A DNA stretch of 64,000 bases from Epithemia pelagica (lineage: Eukaryota; Protista; Bacillariophyta): contig OX337231.1 in assembly GCA_946965045.2 (NCBI GenBank), positions 1,488,001 through 1,552,000 on the forward strand. The letters run 5' to 3'. The notes under the pieces are model-generated. The model had not been told where the DNA came from. It worked only from the letters and a program-made list of their open reading frames with translations, and made no database searches. This document shows, piece by piece, positions 1-11,582 of the stretch. Every line of letters begins with the position of its first letter. Position 1 is the first letter of the stretch. The translations under genes and the position numbers were made by a program.

Positions 1-1155
1 GTGGTTGTTGGTGCTGTTATCGGGGCGTCGCGACATTAGATCTGCTCTGCGCATGGGAGGAGCCGAGAGTCCAGCGGGCTTTCTTCCTACCGAGGAGGAA
101 GACGAATAATGTCCAGCACCGCCATTGACACTTCCCCCAGAAGAGGTTGGTGGAAGTGTGAGAGGCGAACTTCTCCGTCCTAGAGCAATGTGAGAAGGAA
201 TCTGACTGCTGTGAGGGTCCGTTCGAGGGGAAGGCATGGCTCGTCGAGGTGTATGACTGCCCACCGAAGCACCACTGGAACCCATTCTTCGACTTCCTCC
301 ACCGCCACGAATGTCGCTGTTGTAACTGATCCGACTCATAATAGACAACTCTTCCGTGTCTGGATTATGGCCTTGACCTAGATTGTGCAGCCATCTCGAG
401 AGTTTTGGATCCTTCGCCGGCAGTCCATCTGGATCATTCATGAGATTGTCATAAATCATGGGTTGCATCCGCTGCATAATTTCCAATGCGGCCTTAATGT
501 TGGTTCGAACCGAAGGCGAGGGATCTCGCAAACTAGAAATGAGACATTTTCCAACTTGCATCCATATTTCATCGGTCAAGTATCCTTCATCGGTCCAGCA
601 TTGTAAGGCGTGCCCCAAATACAAGGCACAGGCATCTCGAACTGTTCGACTCTTGTCAATCTTGAGTCGTTCCATCCACAGTGGCATGACCATTTTGCAG
701 GGGACTTCGGGTATAGCTTCCATCACCATATACTGGACAGCTTGTCGAATCACTTGAACCGTCTGTGCATGAACAGAAAGGACTGTAGGCATCAAGTCTT
801 TGAACAGATAACGAGCATCGGCTTGGCATCGTGAAAAGAGAGCCAAGAGAGAGCCGCAGGTTCGCTTGACGACGGTGGACCGTGGATCTTTCAAAAGTTC
901 CGATAAAGGATTCGCCAAATGACGCAATGTGGGAGGATTGTTGTACCAGATTGGTGATGGTCCCGAGTAGTAATCACTTCCTTCCGGAATTTGTTTAATC
1001 AGATTTTCAAACGCCGTAGCTCGTTTCTGCCAAGCGCCCGAGGGAGTATTATCAATGACTTTGACAAACTCCGCAATCGGACCATCATCTACCCGTGATC
1101 CATGGCGAGGAGATGATCCACCCGTCCTTACTCGGGAAGACGAGTACACCGACAT
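1..1155 (-). CDS. CLASP N-terminal (TOG/HEAT-repeat)-like protein, 3'-partial (runs off window start)
   Basis: Manual translation of the minus strand from ATG at 1155 is open for 385 codons to base 1 (missed by the ORF track, no stop in window). Contains LLKDPRSTVVKRTC, ERLKIDKSRTVRDAC and SLRDPSPSVR, resembling CLASP_N HEAT repeats, then a Ser/Pro-rich tail. Confidence 0.72.
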   Translation of the reverse strand, partial: MSVYSSSRVRTGGSSPRHGSRVDDGPIAEFVKVIDNTPSGAWQKRATAFENLIKQIPEGSDYYSGPSPIWYNNPPTLRHLANPLSELLKDPRSTVVKRTCGSLLALFSRCQADARYLFKDLMPTVLSVHAQTVQVIRQAVQYMVMEAIPEVPCKMVMPLWMERLKIDKSRTVRDACALYLGHALQCWTDEGYLTDEIWMQVGKCLISSLRDPSPSVRTNIKAALEIMQRMQPMIYDNLMNDPDGLPAKDPKLSRWLHNLGQGHNPDTEELSIMSRISYNSDIRGGGGSRRMGSSGASVGSHTPRRAMPSPRTDPHSSQIPSHIALGRRSSPLTLPPTSSGGSVNGGAGHYSSSSSVGRKPAGLSAPPMRRADLMSRRPDNSTNNH

Positions 1156-1835
1156 TGTCACTCAATATTAGCCGAGATCTGAGGCTCTTTGGCCGACTAA
1201 AGTCTGGGTTTTGATGGAGCAGAGCCTGATTTTGCTTCCGATTTCTGGATTTCTTCGCCAATTAATTCACCAAAGTCTTATCCCTGGAATACCAACAGCC
1301 TTCCAGAGTCCTGTCGACAAGGGGCGCTTTGGTGGTTGGTTGAGAAGCGTACCCAGTGTGCGGAGAGATGCTCGACTCCTTGTGGTTGTTGTGGTTGTCC
1401 TTGGTGGAGACTTGGCCGTCGTCGTGAGAGTTAGTGAGGTGCGCCGGTTGGATGATAGTCATCGGCGATCCGATAAGGACAACAAAGAGAGAGAGGGGGC
1501 AATCTACTTTTTACACGCCACGCCACACTCTCGTTGTGATTCGGACGACGGACATACGATCCCCCTTCAAAGGTCGCAAAGCCCACCCCATGAAACGAAA
1601 AGGGGGGGCCAACAAAGATCTTCCAATCTCTCTCCAACCATTGCAAATCGCAAACCCGAAAGTTGTCAATCGCAAAACAGAGTCTACGTTCTCCTCTGGA
1701 AGTATCTATTGCTCCTATCCGATCCGCGCAACAAGGGTATCTCTCGCACGGACGTATTATCACTGTCCAAAAGGTGGATTTCACGAGAATTTCTGGGGAC
1801 ACGAGAGAAAACTAAATTCTGTACATCACACTATC

Positions 1836-2141
1836 ATGGAGGCTTCCACATCCAAACCGCCGGCCACCACAACTGCTTCGGCTTCCTTTCTGAAGAGCAG
1901 TGACAATGCTTCGGATCGGATTGTCACGACAACGATGCAAAAGGGGTTTGAGAATATATTGATTCAAACGGGAACGGGTCTGGTATTGGGATTCTTGGCC
2001 GGTGTTGTCTTGGCTCATCGCGGTGGATCTCCGGGGGCACGAAAAGTGTTTGCTGGTCTGGGTGCTGGAGTTGGTCTGGGATCTGGTTGGACCAAAGCAT
2101 CCATGGATTTGGAAGATTTGCTACGACCCAAAGAAAAGTAA
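1836..2141 (+). CDS. MIC10: MICOS complex subunit Mic10-like protein
   Basis: ATG at 1836 inside track ORF 1434..2141. 101 aa with two Gly-rich TM segments (TGTGLVLGFLAGVVL; FAGLGAGVGLGSGW) typical of Mic10/DUF543. Confidence 0.75.
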   Translation: MEASTSKPPATTTASASFLKSSDNASDRIVTTTMQKGFENILIQTGTGLVLGFLAGVVLAHRGGSPGARKVFAGLGAGVGLGSGWTKASMDLEDLLRPKEK

Positions 2142-2536
2142 TTCGATGAATCATGATGCGGAAGAAGCGAATGCCACGCCCCCATCCGCTTTCCAATCGT
2201 CGATACTAGAGGTTGTCATGCATTTTCTCTCCGAAGGAAACAATCCGTTTTCGCATGAGCACTATCTCTCTTCAAATATTGCGATCATTCACAAGATAGA
2301 ATCATTAATGTTTATTCAAACATAGTGACTTTGTTCTTCGCTGTTTCATCGTTGTCCTTAGACTGGAAGATAATCAAAGAGGCATTATTGAAGGGAAAGC
2401 TTCAAGTTTCCTTTCCTTTACCCATGGGGAGAGCGGCGGAACAGACTTTCGCATTCCCCCTCGTGTGGACAATGCAAATGTAAGGAGTAATTGGTAGCGA
2501 CTGTAGGAATAATTAAAGTCTACATAATCGAAATGG

Positions 2537-4611
2537 TCACGCCAATTCCCAAAATGGACGAAGCACAATAATCAGAATACTGACGTTGTCCCGACTTCTT
2601 CGTACACGAATGGCTTGGTCACTCAATATTCTGGCCACTTCTGCTGGTTCGCCTCTGTGCGCAATTAATTCTTGTCTCGCAAGGGCAATCGCATCCTGAG
2701 ATCGGAACACGTCAAAGAGCCCATCACAAGCAAGCAGTAAGAATTCATCGTTGTGACTCAGAACCATGGAGGCAATTTCAGGCTCTGCACTAACAAGAGG
2801 AGCGTTCAAATCCTTTGCTTCCGCATTGCCATTCGCACCGGTCAGTTCTTCCGCGTCTTCCTCCAGCATTGCCTTAATCCCCATCTTGAATGATTTATCT
2901 CCAAATGCCCTTGTAATCGCGAGCTCACCCATAACACGTTTGTGCAAAATAAAACCACCAGCAGCTCGGACGCGAGCTGCCTCGTCTGGCCGACTGGGTT
3001 TATGATCACTCGTAAGCTCCACACATTGACCTCCACTTCGACAAAGAACAACACGGCTATCACCAACATTCGCAGCAAATAGTCTCCGACCGAACAATAT
3101 CACGGTGGCAGCGGTAGACCCACTTTGCGGGGCATTCTTCGGCGTGATAAATTCCTTATCAGTTCTGAGGTAGCAACTTTTTAATATCTTTCGCATCAGT
3201 TCGGAGGCGGCATCTTCCGATTGGTCTTGACGTTGTTGCATTCGACTCTGCTCCACAGCGTTCCGAAGGTTTTCTCTTTCATTCAGCATGGCTTGGCGAA
3301 GATGATGGGGAAGGGCTTCCACCAAGTAACTGGAGCATTCATCCCCACCGTGACCGTCAAACACTGCTGCAAACGTCGTCATCGCGAGCTCTTGAATGTG
3401 CTCCTTTGATTCATTCTTGTAGTACCCATGCGTCGGATCAAGCATCAAACTTTGTATAACGATAGTTCGATCCTCCATTGTCGGTCGAGCACCGATGGCT
3501 TCAGATATTCCATAGTCGAAGCGATTTACTGAAAAGCCTGTTCTGCCGACAATAAATTCATCGCCGAGTCCCAGTGCACCGGTGCCTTTGATTCCGTACG
3601 GCCCAACCAACCGCATGTATGATCCGTTCTGAAGTTAAATTAAATTCCAGACATTTTAGGGTAAGAAAACGAAAGCGACACGAAAAAGAGAGAAGGGAAA
3701 TGAGATCTTACCGTGCTTTCAAGATCAACCAAAACAAACGATCCTGCTCCTTTGACTCGTGCGTTCTTTCCATTTCTGTTTGGCAGAAAGAGAATAGCTC
3801 CGTGTCTGCGGCTTAATTCGCGATCCATGATACAAAGATCGGCTTCGTGAGCTCTTCCAAACACGTATGGACAACGCGCGGAGTGGATATCAATGAGTTT
3901 GCCCCGCATAGGTCCTTTGGAACAATGAATCGTTATTTTTTGTTTGGCTTCATTGAAATCTTCGACATTGAAAACAGAATTGCCGGCAGCAAAAGATGCG
4001 CCCTTGCAGAGAACCCATCGGTCCGCATCAAGCGAGAGAATCGATGCTTCGCGTGCAGGTCCTTCTACCTTGTTTGCGGAAAAGACCTTGGCTTTTCCCA
4101 CGCGGATCGCAGCATCCCCTCTGTCGCCTCGAATGTACCAGCCCGTTGTCATACCAGCTCGAAGGGCATGCAATGCTGCTTGTTCACCGTCCGAGTCAAG
4201 GAGGCGCGATAGCACACCTGCGGAAGGACCTGTCATTGAATCATCCATTCGCCGACAAATCGAGTCTGGAGTGGGCGATGTTGGTCCTGCATTTCCAATC
4301 GTTGTCGTTCTTCCGTAAAGTGTCCAGTATGCCGTCGCAGGTTCCGGCTTTCCTTCGTCTTCGTCCTCGGAAGTTGTAAATTTAAGGCATATTCGATAGA
4401 GGGCCCGCGTGTATATCTCTCTTGAATTTGCGAACTGTCGGCCTCCGCGAGACCAAGATTCAGCTTCCACCCTTTGATCCGCTGCAGCGGGTCTTCCGCT
4501 GGTGTATGGAATTTGAGCTGTCGCAGCAGCGGGGCCTCCCGCAGCACTCGCAGTGTTGTTCCAAGATGACTCCGGAACCGCAGCCATTGCTGTACGTGTC
4601 GATGTCATCAA
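2537..4611 (-). CDS. FHA-domain + PP2C protein phosphatase (2 exons: 4611-3712, 3628-2537; 663 aa)
   Basis: FHA motifs FGRA..., SRRH and DLEST|NGSY are joined across an 83-nt GT-AG intron (3711-3629). PP2C motifs: MEDR, DGHGG, ANVGDSR, DHKP, LAITRAFGD, LACDGLFD, RDN. Confidence 0.9.
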
Positions 4612-5620
4612 TATTTACAATTTTACAAGCAACAGTGAGCCAACTCTATTCAAAACAGCTCAGGTGCAATGCAGATGTGAAACCAAGTTGCGGACTTGTA
4701 ACGATGACAGCATTCAATGTTGCGTATCCGTAAATAGATTTGAAACCAAAATGCTGTTGCTGTTTCTAATTTCTTGCGGATGATGTCTCCCGGCAAAGAA
4801 ACCCGGCTCAATGACCTTCAAGCGGTCGGACTACGGACTTTAGGTAACGGGAAGATGAACTTGCAGCAATGACAGCGCCAGAGTGTGAAGCGTGCCGGTC
4901 GGGCGCTCAGATCTTGCTTCGTGATATACTGGCTCCTCTGCGAGAGGTAGATGCTTTTGTTAAAGGTGGACTTCCTTTCAATCCTCCCCCTCCGAAAGAA
5001 TCAAATATCTCTCTTCTTGATGGAGCCGAAAGTCCCTTGGTAACCAAGAAATCCTCCAGTAAGCGGGTCCTTCGCTGTGCTGCAAAGCAAGCAAGGACGG
5101 ATGCCGAAATTCCACCGACCACACCCAAGCCACAAACGGGGACAAGAAATCCTCACATAAAAAGTGGCGTGAACGACGACGGAGAAAGCGCGACAGGCGC
5201 GGCATAGTGATTCAATTACTTAAATATTTCTGATTACAGACCCATACGGAGGGCTGACTGGACGGCGTGGTATATTACGGGTATACACGTTGAATGTCGA
5301 TTGGCCGGCGTGACGTGACTCATCCCTGCGCTCGCGCCCGCTATGAACGAATTACGTACAGGTTCCTCGGAGTCGGAGATCCAGAAAATCCAAGAATTCT
5401 CCACGGATCCCTCGCCTGTACGGCGTCTGTGTGTCGAAACAATCTAATGAAGATTTCGGGGAGCCCCTTTTCAGATCCTTTCAAGTGGGGGGCATTGACA
5501 GTCGTGGTCACAAGATACGGATGCGAAGGATTTCCGTATCCGGTTTCTTTCCATCAACGTCATAAAACTTGCCGTTCATTGACCAAACGAAAATCCAAGT
5601 CTGGGCGCACAAAAAGCAGT

Positions 5621-6340
5621 ATGTTGTGGTCGAAATTGTTTACTCCAACGTTTTTCAGTTGCTTGCTGGCGTTTTTGCCATACCAGCCTGTCCATGGTGA
5701 AGGATATCCGTTGCATGAGCAGAGTTTTGTGGTGCCATTGACGGACGACAATTTTGAGCATGAGACCCAAGCTTCGACCGGTGGAACAACAGGATCCTGG
5801 TTGGTCTGGTTCCACGCAACTCAAGACCGAACTCCCATAGCAGGAGAGGTTTTGGCAGCCGATTTCTGGACCGAAAATCATGTGGTACTTGCGTCGTTGG
5901 ATGCAAAGAAGAATGGGTCCACAAGCACAAGATTTGGAGTCTCCAAACTTCCCATGTTCATTTTTATTCACAAGGGAAAATATTACCGATTGGACAAAAC
6001 AGACGAAGGGAATGTCTACAATTGGGAAATGATTCAAAATTACGTAACGGATTCTTTCGCAAAAAACACAGCGTTTGACATTCCACCACCAAGAACAACG
6101 TTCGACGAGTTTCTTGAGATGCTCCGTCTCATGTACACGGAAATGGTGGGGCCTGCTTTTCCCTACTTGGTTTATTTTGTCTCGGTTTCCTTGTCTCTTA
6201 CGTTGTTGAATTATGTTTACCCCAAACCACCTTTGCCGCCTCAACTGCAACCCGATGCACCGGAAGAGGACGAAAAACCAGCACCGAAAGAGAAAGAGAC
6301 GGAAAAGAAGAAAAAGTTAAAGAAGAAGAAAAACAACTAG
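5621..6340 (+). CDS. Thioredoxin-fold type I membrane protein (TMX-like), no CXXC
   Basis: ATG at 5621 gives a signal peptide (MLWSKLF...VHG), then Trx-like VVPLTDDNFEHETQASTGGTTGSWLVWFHA, a C-terminal TM helix and a Lys-rich tail. Confidence 0.78.
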   Translation: MLWSKLFTPTFFSCLLAFLPYQPVHGEGYPLHEQSFVVPLTDDNFEHETQASTGGTTGSWLVWFHATQDRTPIAGEVLAADFWTENHVVLASLDAKKNGSTSTRFGVSKLPMFIFIHKGKYYRLDKTDEGNVYNWEMIQNYVTDSFAKNTAFDIPPPRTTFDEFLEMLRLMYTEMVGPAFPYLVYFVSVSLSLTLLNYVYPKPPLPPQLQPDAPEEDEKPAPKEKETEKKKKLKKKKNN

Positions 6341-6770
6341 ATCTGGGCTGACACCAAGGCGATGGACAGTGTCGTTTGTTTCCTTTGTCCTGTTTTCCAC
6401 AGCTGAGGTGGAGCTATTTCGTCATCATTTCATGTAAACTAAAATCTTGTCGTTATGATTAAATGTGTCATGGTGGGCGAACGTTGTAACCTTAGAGAAT
6501 ATGGATTGACATCGGGATCAGTTGCGTCTGACAAGGTCCACTCAATTCTCATCAATTCGGAAGTTCGTAGCAGCGAAGTTTGACACCAACACCGTCTGTC
6601 CATGTCACGCTATACGACTGCTTTCGACTCTTTTGCCCCGTGACATTCGCGTCATCCCCGTGTGCGCCGACGTGTACGACTTTTCCAACAAGGAGCAACA
6701 CGACCGCCGACGCCGATGGATGGGAAACTCTCATCCACTTTTGTTTGACGTGTCTTCAAGTTTTTGATTT

Positions 6771-7955
6771 GTGACCAGAGACGACGACGACGAACGAAGG
6801 GACTTCTCCATTTCCACCATCTATTATATCATCATGTGTGCACCAGATTCCAGGCCCATTGAAAATGTGGAGCGAAAGAATGAGACTCGTCCGTTTTCGA
6901 ATGGGTCAAACCAAGAGACAATTCCGAAGCCGTTGAATACAAAGGCGGAACAAGGTTTCAGTTCGCGACGTCGGCATACGATGTCCGAGGTCTCTTTGCA
7001 TTTTGTAGCTGGTGCAGTGATGTCGTTGTTTTTTGCTATTCTGGCAGCTTACTTGCCCTATTTCTTGGCACCAAAGGCCGCGGAAGCAACGTATCAATAT
7101 GCGTATTACGTGTACGATCGGAATTTGTCATACTTTGACAACACTTTCTGGACATGGGGAACTGACTACATACTGGCTTTTGCTATGGGAACTCTGATTT
7201 GGAGCTTTCCCCGTTCCACCAAGGGAAAACAGACTTCTGCTAGCCGTGTTCAGACAAGGCGAAGCCAGGGAATGTTGCTTAGCTATCTGTTGTCAGTTTT
7301 GGCTGGAGGTTTGGCCCATCAATTCTATACAACCTTTGAATCACGACATCATTGGTCGTTTCGTTTTCTGTGGACAATTTGTGTCGGCACTGTTACAATA
7401 GCACCGGCGTTTATGGGCACCGTGGCAACCGAGCTGAATCATATTGACTGGGAAACGAGAGGCTCTGAGCACAGTGAGTTGACTTCTCGAAATGAACCAA
7501 AGGGGGGTTTCTCCTCTCTGGTGTTCTATGACCGCAATGGTATGGTTCTCTTACCTCACGTTCCAACCTGGTTGTGGTCTGGTTATGCGTTTTGCTCAAC
7601 CATGATCGTGATTCTTGGAGGTATGAGTTTCGAGCGTCCAGCATGTGACATCTTCATTGCGGGCATTACACAGAGTCCCAGCACCTTTTACGTCATGGCT
7701 CTTCTTTTCTTCGGTCTTGTTCGTCATCCAGTGTCACGGTGGACACGAATCGTGGGAACGATCGCCTTCATTATGAACGCTGCGCTTCTCCCGTTGTATC
7801 CCCTTCTTGTTCAATACACGGACTGGGAACTGGGAACGGTGAATTTGTTTTTGCATTGCTGGCTCTTTGTTTCATGGAGCAACCAGGGGATCACTCTCCG
7901 TCAGCTTGCAATTGCTGTGGATGAGTATGAATCGAAGCAGAGGAAAGAGGCATAA
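6771..7955 (+). CDS. Multi-pass membrane protein of unknown function (possibly DUF6962/CREST-like)
   Basis: 394-aa ORF with about 7-8 hydrophobic segments and motifs WGTDYIL, GGLAHQF, LFLHCW. True start uncertain. Confidence 0.6.
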   Translation: MTRDDDDERRDFSISTIYYIIMCAPDSRPIENVERKNETRPFSNGSNQETIPKPLNTKAEQGFSSRRRHTMSEVSLHFVAGAVMSLFFAILAAYLPYFLAPKAAEATYQYAYYVYDRNLSYFDNTFWTWGTDYILAFAMGTLIWSFPRSTKGKQTSASRVQTRRSQGMLLSYLLSVLAGGLAHQFYTTFESRHHWSFRFLWTICVGTVTIAPAFMGTVATELNHIDWETRGSEHSELTSRNEPKGGFSSLVFYDRNGMVLLPHVPTWLWSGYAFCSTMIVILGGMSFERPACDIFIAGITQSPSTFYVMALLFFGLVRHPVSRWTRIVGTIAFIMNAALLPLYPLLVQYTDWELGTVNLFLHCWLFVSWSNQGITLRQLAIAVDEYESKQRKEA

Positions 7956-8321
7956 ACCAGAAGGTCATTTCCCTTCACACTGACTTGACCACCTCTCCCA
8001 GCACACTGACATGACCATGACCTGATTTCCCAGCACACTTACCGTTACAGAAGACTGCCTGTACGTCGCATCGCTCCAAAATTACCTGAAAAGGATGTTG
8101 AGGGAGAGTCAACGGAAGGGAGTACTGCGATATTGTCAGGAAGTGCCGTCGGAACTAGATTTAGATCTTTATACATTGATGCACTTTTTATCTTTTAGCA
8201 TTTTTTATGCATCTCACAAGTTACTGCACGAACAGCAATAGAGGCCTCAGCTATCGCGTTAGAGATACTGCGTCATGTTTGGATGGTAAGAGCACAGGCG
8301 AACTCTGTAAACACCTTTTCG

Positions 8322-11304
8322 TTAATCTTTCTTCTGGTTCCCTGAATCTTGATCTACAACCTCTGTCTGTGTCGTAGTTTTGTTCTGTAATCCTTCATTG
8401 GAACTGGTTTGTGTGAAGAAGTGGCGTAATCGGTCATGAGCGTGACCCTCCCCTGCATCGTACCGGATTCGGGCAATGTAATCACCATGAATGCCTGTTT
8501 CCGTGCCCGTTACCTGTGATCCTCTGAACTTGGCGCGTCTTTGGTATATCACAGCTTCGCCCTCACCAACGACTTCTTCCTCACTCTTTTCTCTGTAGGC
8601 AGCCAATTGTGAAAGGAATTGGTCGATAATGAAGGCAATGACAAGATTATTGACAAGAATGACTCCGAGAATGTGGAATGCCATGAAGTATACTCTGACC
8701 CATTTGGATTGTGTAGCTCCTTCAATACCGATCTCCATAACTGTCCAGTTGTTACCCACAAGTAAATTGAACAAGACGTTCATCGCACTCAGCATATCGT
8801 TGAAGTTGTTGCCCCAGTATTCACTCTCGGCATATTCGGTGCCGAGAACGAGGTAGCTAAGTTTGTTTTGTGGGTCTCGAGAAATAAGTCCACCAAAGAT
8901 GCTTACGCCGATTACCGCAAACAGGTACATGAGAAGAAAGAGGATCAAGAACACATTCCTTGCTGCGGGGAGGATTTCGGCGGATACGGCACCAATCAAC
9001 TGGAACCTCTTCATTGAGGTAAGAAGTCGAATCAATCGAAGGACTCGAAGCATAACAATCATTCGAATGATTCTACTGTCGTTGATAGCGTTTGGGAAAT
9101 AGACAATGGCGGAACTTGCAATTGCAAGGATTGTAACCGTGAAATCGAACATATTCTTAGTGGTCTCCATATATCTTTTCCAACCATAAACGGTAAGTTT
9201 CACCATCACTTCAACCGCATATATACCAGTAAATATGGCTTCAGCAACCTCCCATGGAGTATCGATCGAACCGTCCCAGTTTTTGGCTAGGGAAAACATT
9301 GAGGCATGATTGGTTAGCACAACACTTCGTCAAGAGCAACCCAACTGTAGAACACTTACGGTCAATGTCGACGGTATTCCCAGAAAGCTCAGGATAAGAC
9401 TGAATACCAATCACGATGGCATTCAGGACAAGAACAATGTCAATGACGGCCTCAAAGTAAGTCGACTTGATGACTTCACAAAATCGCTGGTATCCCGTAG
9501 TCGCAAAGACTCGGGGGAAATATTTCTCAATGAACGTTGTGTAGTCGCCCGTCCTGGTGAATTCGAGAAGGATTACATTGCCGAAGTCCATAAATTCAGC
9601 TTCCGAGATGATATTTGTGCCATCCTAAGACGAAGGGTTAAGTCTGTGATGCCTTGCAATCCAATTTGTCTCTCAATGCGACGCACCTTATCTAAGACTG
9701 CAAACAACAAAGTAGTGTCTTCTTCAGAGAGGGTGCGAAACTCAGGGAAATCTTCATTGAAGATCAAGAAAAGGCCCATGACTGTTTCTCGGTCAATAAA
9801 CCCTCTTCCGTCCGGATCCATAAGGGCGAATGCTCGTCGAAGGTTTTCGTTAGCCCTCGCGATCATTTCCCCTTTCCTCTGTGTCATTGCGGTGTCATAC
9901 CTGTTCACAACACCAGCAAGAATCACATTCATTAGGAAAAAGAAAGAAATCACCATGAATGAAATAAAGTACAGAGCGACCCAACGGTTCTCGTTGAACA
10001 ATGGCATCATACTAAAGAAAATAAGCGTGAGAGGAGAAGCCAAGGTGTTGCGTTGGTCACAAGCAACAGCACGTACACATCGGGATAGTTCGCAGTCGTA
10101 ACACATATCCAGAGCGTCCATATTGACTCGATAAAACTTGAGAAATGCATTTGTCCGAGGCTAGTACCGACAAACATGACGCAGCCAAACCATGCATAGA
10201 ATATCATGAACAATCCTAGAAGCGCAAGAACGTTCCAAACTTCTGGAAGCATCTGGAAGAGAACCTTGATATTCTGTTTCGTTCCTCTCAGGAACGAGCT
10301 CAACAAACCCAGTCGAAGGTAGGGCAAGAACAACCGGTAGTCCCTGTACAAGCTAGCGACCATACCAACAATGCACGCAATCTGAGCAATTCGATTCATT
10401 TGTGACGGTCCAGGACGCAAGTACGTTCCAATATCCATTCCATCTCGACCAAGTCGAACAAGAATAACTGCAACGATGACACCGAGACCAATTGCTTCGA
10501 CAAGGCATGACTGATGGGATGTAAGTATCATGGAATGGCTGTTGGGGTAATACTGAACTTCTTCTGTTGAGTTTCCCACTTTATCTCCCGGGTATGTGAC
10601 ATTGTCAGTAGTCGCCGGTGCACCTTTGACGGATAAGAAAGCTTCGCATCCTTGGATGTGAGATGCATGGGAATAGTGACTGTGGTGACACCAACTAGGT
10701 GGCTCAATGAATGAAAGAAGCAAGAGTACCCATGCTGTCCCGTTAATAATTTGAAGGACAGGACGGGACGAACAGATTCTCCCACATATTACAGCCATGG
10801 CATTTCGGAATAATCTGTTTGGGTCAATGTATGGATCATAAGCCCCTGGTTTGGATGGAAGTTCCCCATGTTGAGTTGAAGAACGGACAACAAGAGCTGA
10901 CATCTTGGGCCCTTGACATTGTACTCACCATCCGCAGGGTTTTCGGGTTCTTCGAGAAAGGCATCTCGAATCAGGAAAGCCGCTTGACCAACCCCCGTAT
11001 GACTCAAGGCCTTTTGTCGACTGTTCAGGGTTATCAGCTTGAGAACGTCGGTAAACGCGCTTCCGGAATGTAAAATCAATGCGATTCGATGCCATCGTTG
11101 AGACGCTGTATCACTGTTCTGTGCAGCTTCGCCGTGTCCGCTTAACCTGGATGAGCTTTCCATTACCACGTAATCGGAGCCTTGGCCAATTGGAATGCTG
11201 CTTTGGACTGGGTGAATTGGGAGAGGGGAACCATTCGGTTCGCTCGGAAGCAGGGGATCACTCTCGAGAGCATCCTGCTTTTTCGAGCGACCTTGAGTTT
11301 CCAT
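8322..11304 (-). CDS. TPC: Two-pore channel with EF-hand linker (5 exons: 11304-10929, 10845-10077, 10011-9687, 9624-9360, 9286-8322; 899 aa)
   Basis: Four GT-AG introns splice in frame (2700 nt total). Pore motifs TTANYPDV and FNLLVGNNW; EF-hands DPDGRGFIDRET and DKDGTNIISEAE (the second is created by splicing); Arg-repeat S4 RMIVMLRVLRLIRLL. Confidence 0.92.
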
Positions 11305-11582
11305 TGTGTCAATGGGATCCTCACCTGAGTGATATTATATGCTTCATTGATGTAGTAGGTATGCTGTATCGAAGAGTCGCAGTTGCCAAAAATATGGGAA
11401 GCGACAAAGATCTACCCCCAAAATAAGAATGGACTTGCACTTGGAGTGGTTCTGGGAATTAGTGGCATTTCTCGACGCGCTATGTGTACTCTATATTCCG
11501 GTCTACGTAGTTGCGACGTGCTATAAATCATCGTCCTATTCCTATACGATCTACAATCCTCGCGCTGTATTAACCTGGTTTC

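Noticed and set aside
1211-1903. Long overlapping ORFs 1211..1903 (+), 1431..1802 (-) and the 5' extension of 1434..2141
   Set aside because: No recognisable domains; they span the divergent promoter of the CLASP-like and MIC10 genes.
4869-5207. Short ORFs on both strands between FHA-PP2C and the thioredoxin-like gene
   Set aside because: No consistent gene model could be built.
11408-11431. AGATCTACCCCCAAAATAAG resembling the Mutator-like terminus and its flank at 38338
   Set aside because: No partner TIR or TSD found nearby, and 13-mer matches are expected by chance in 64 kb.
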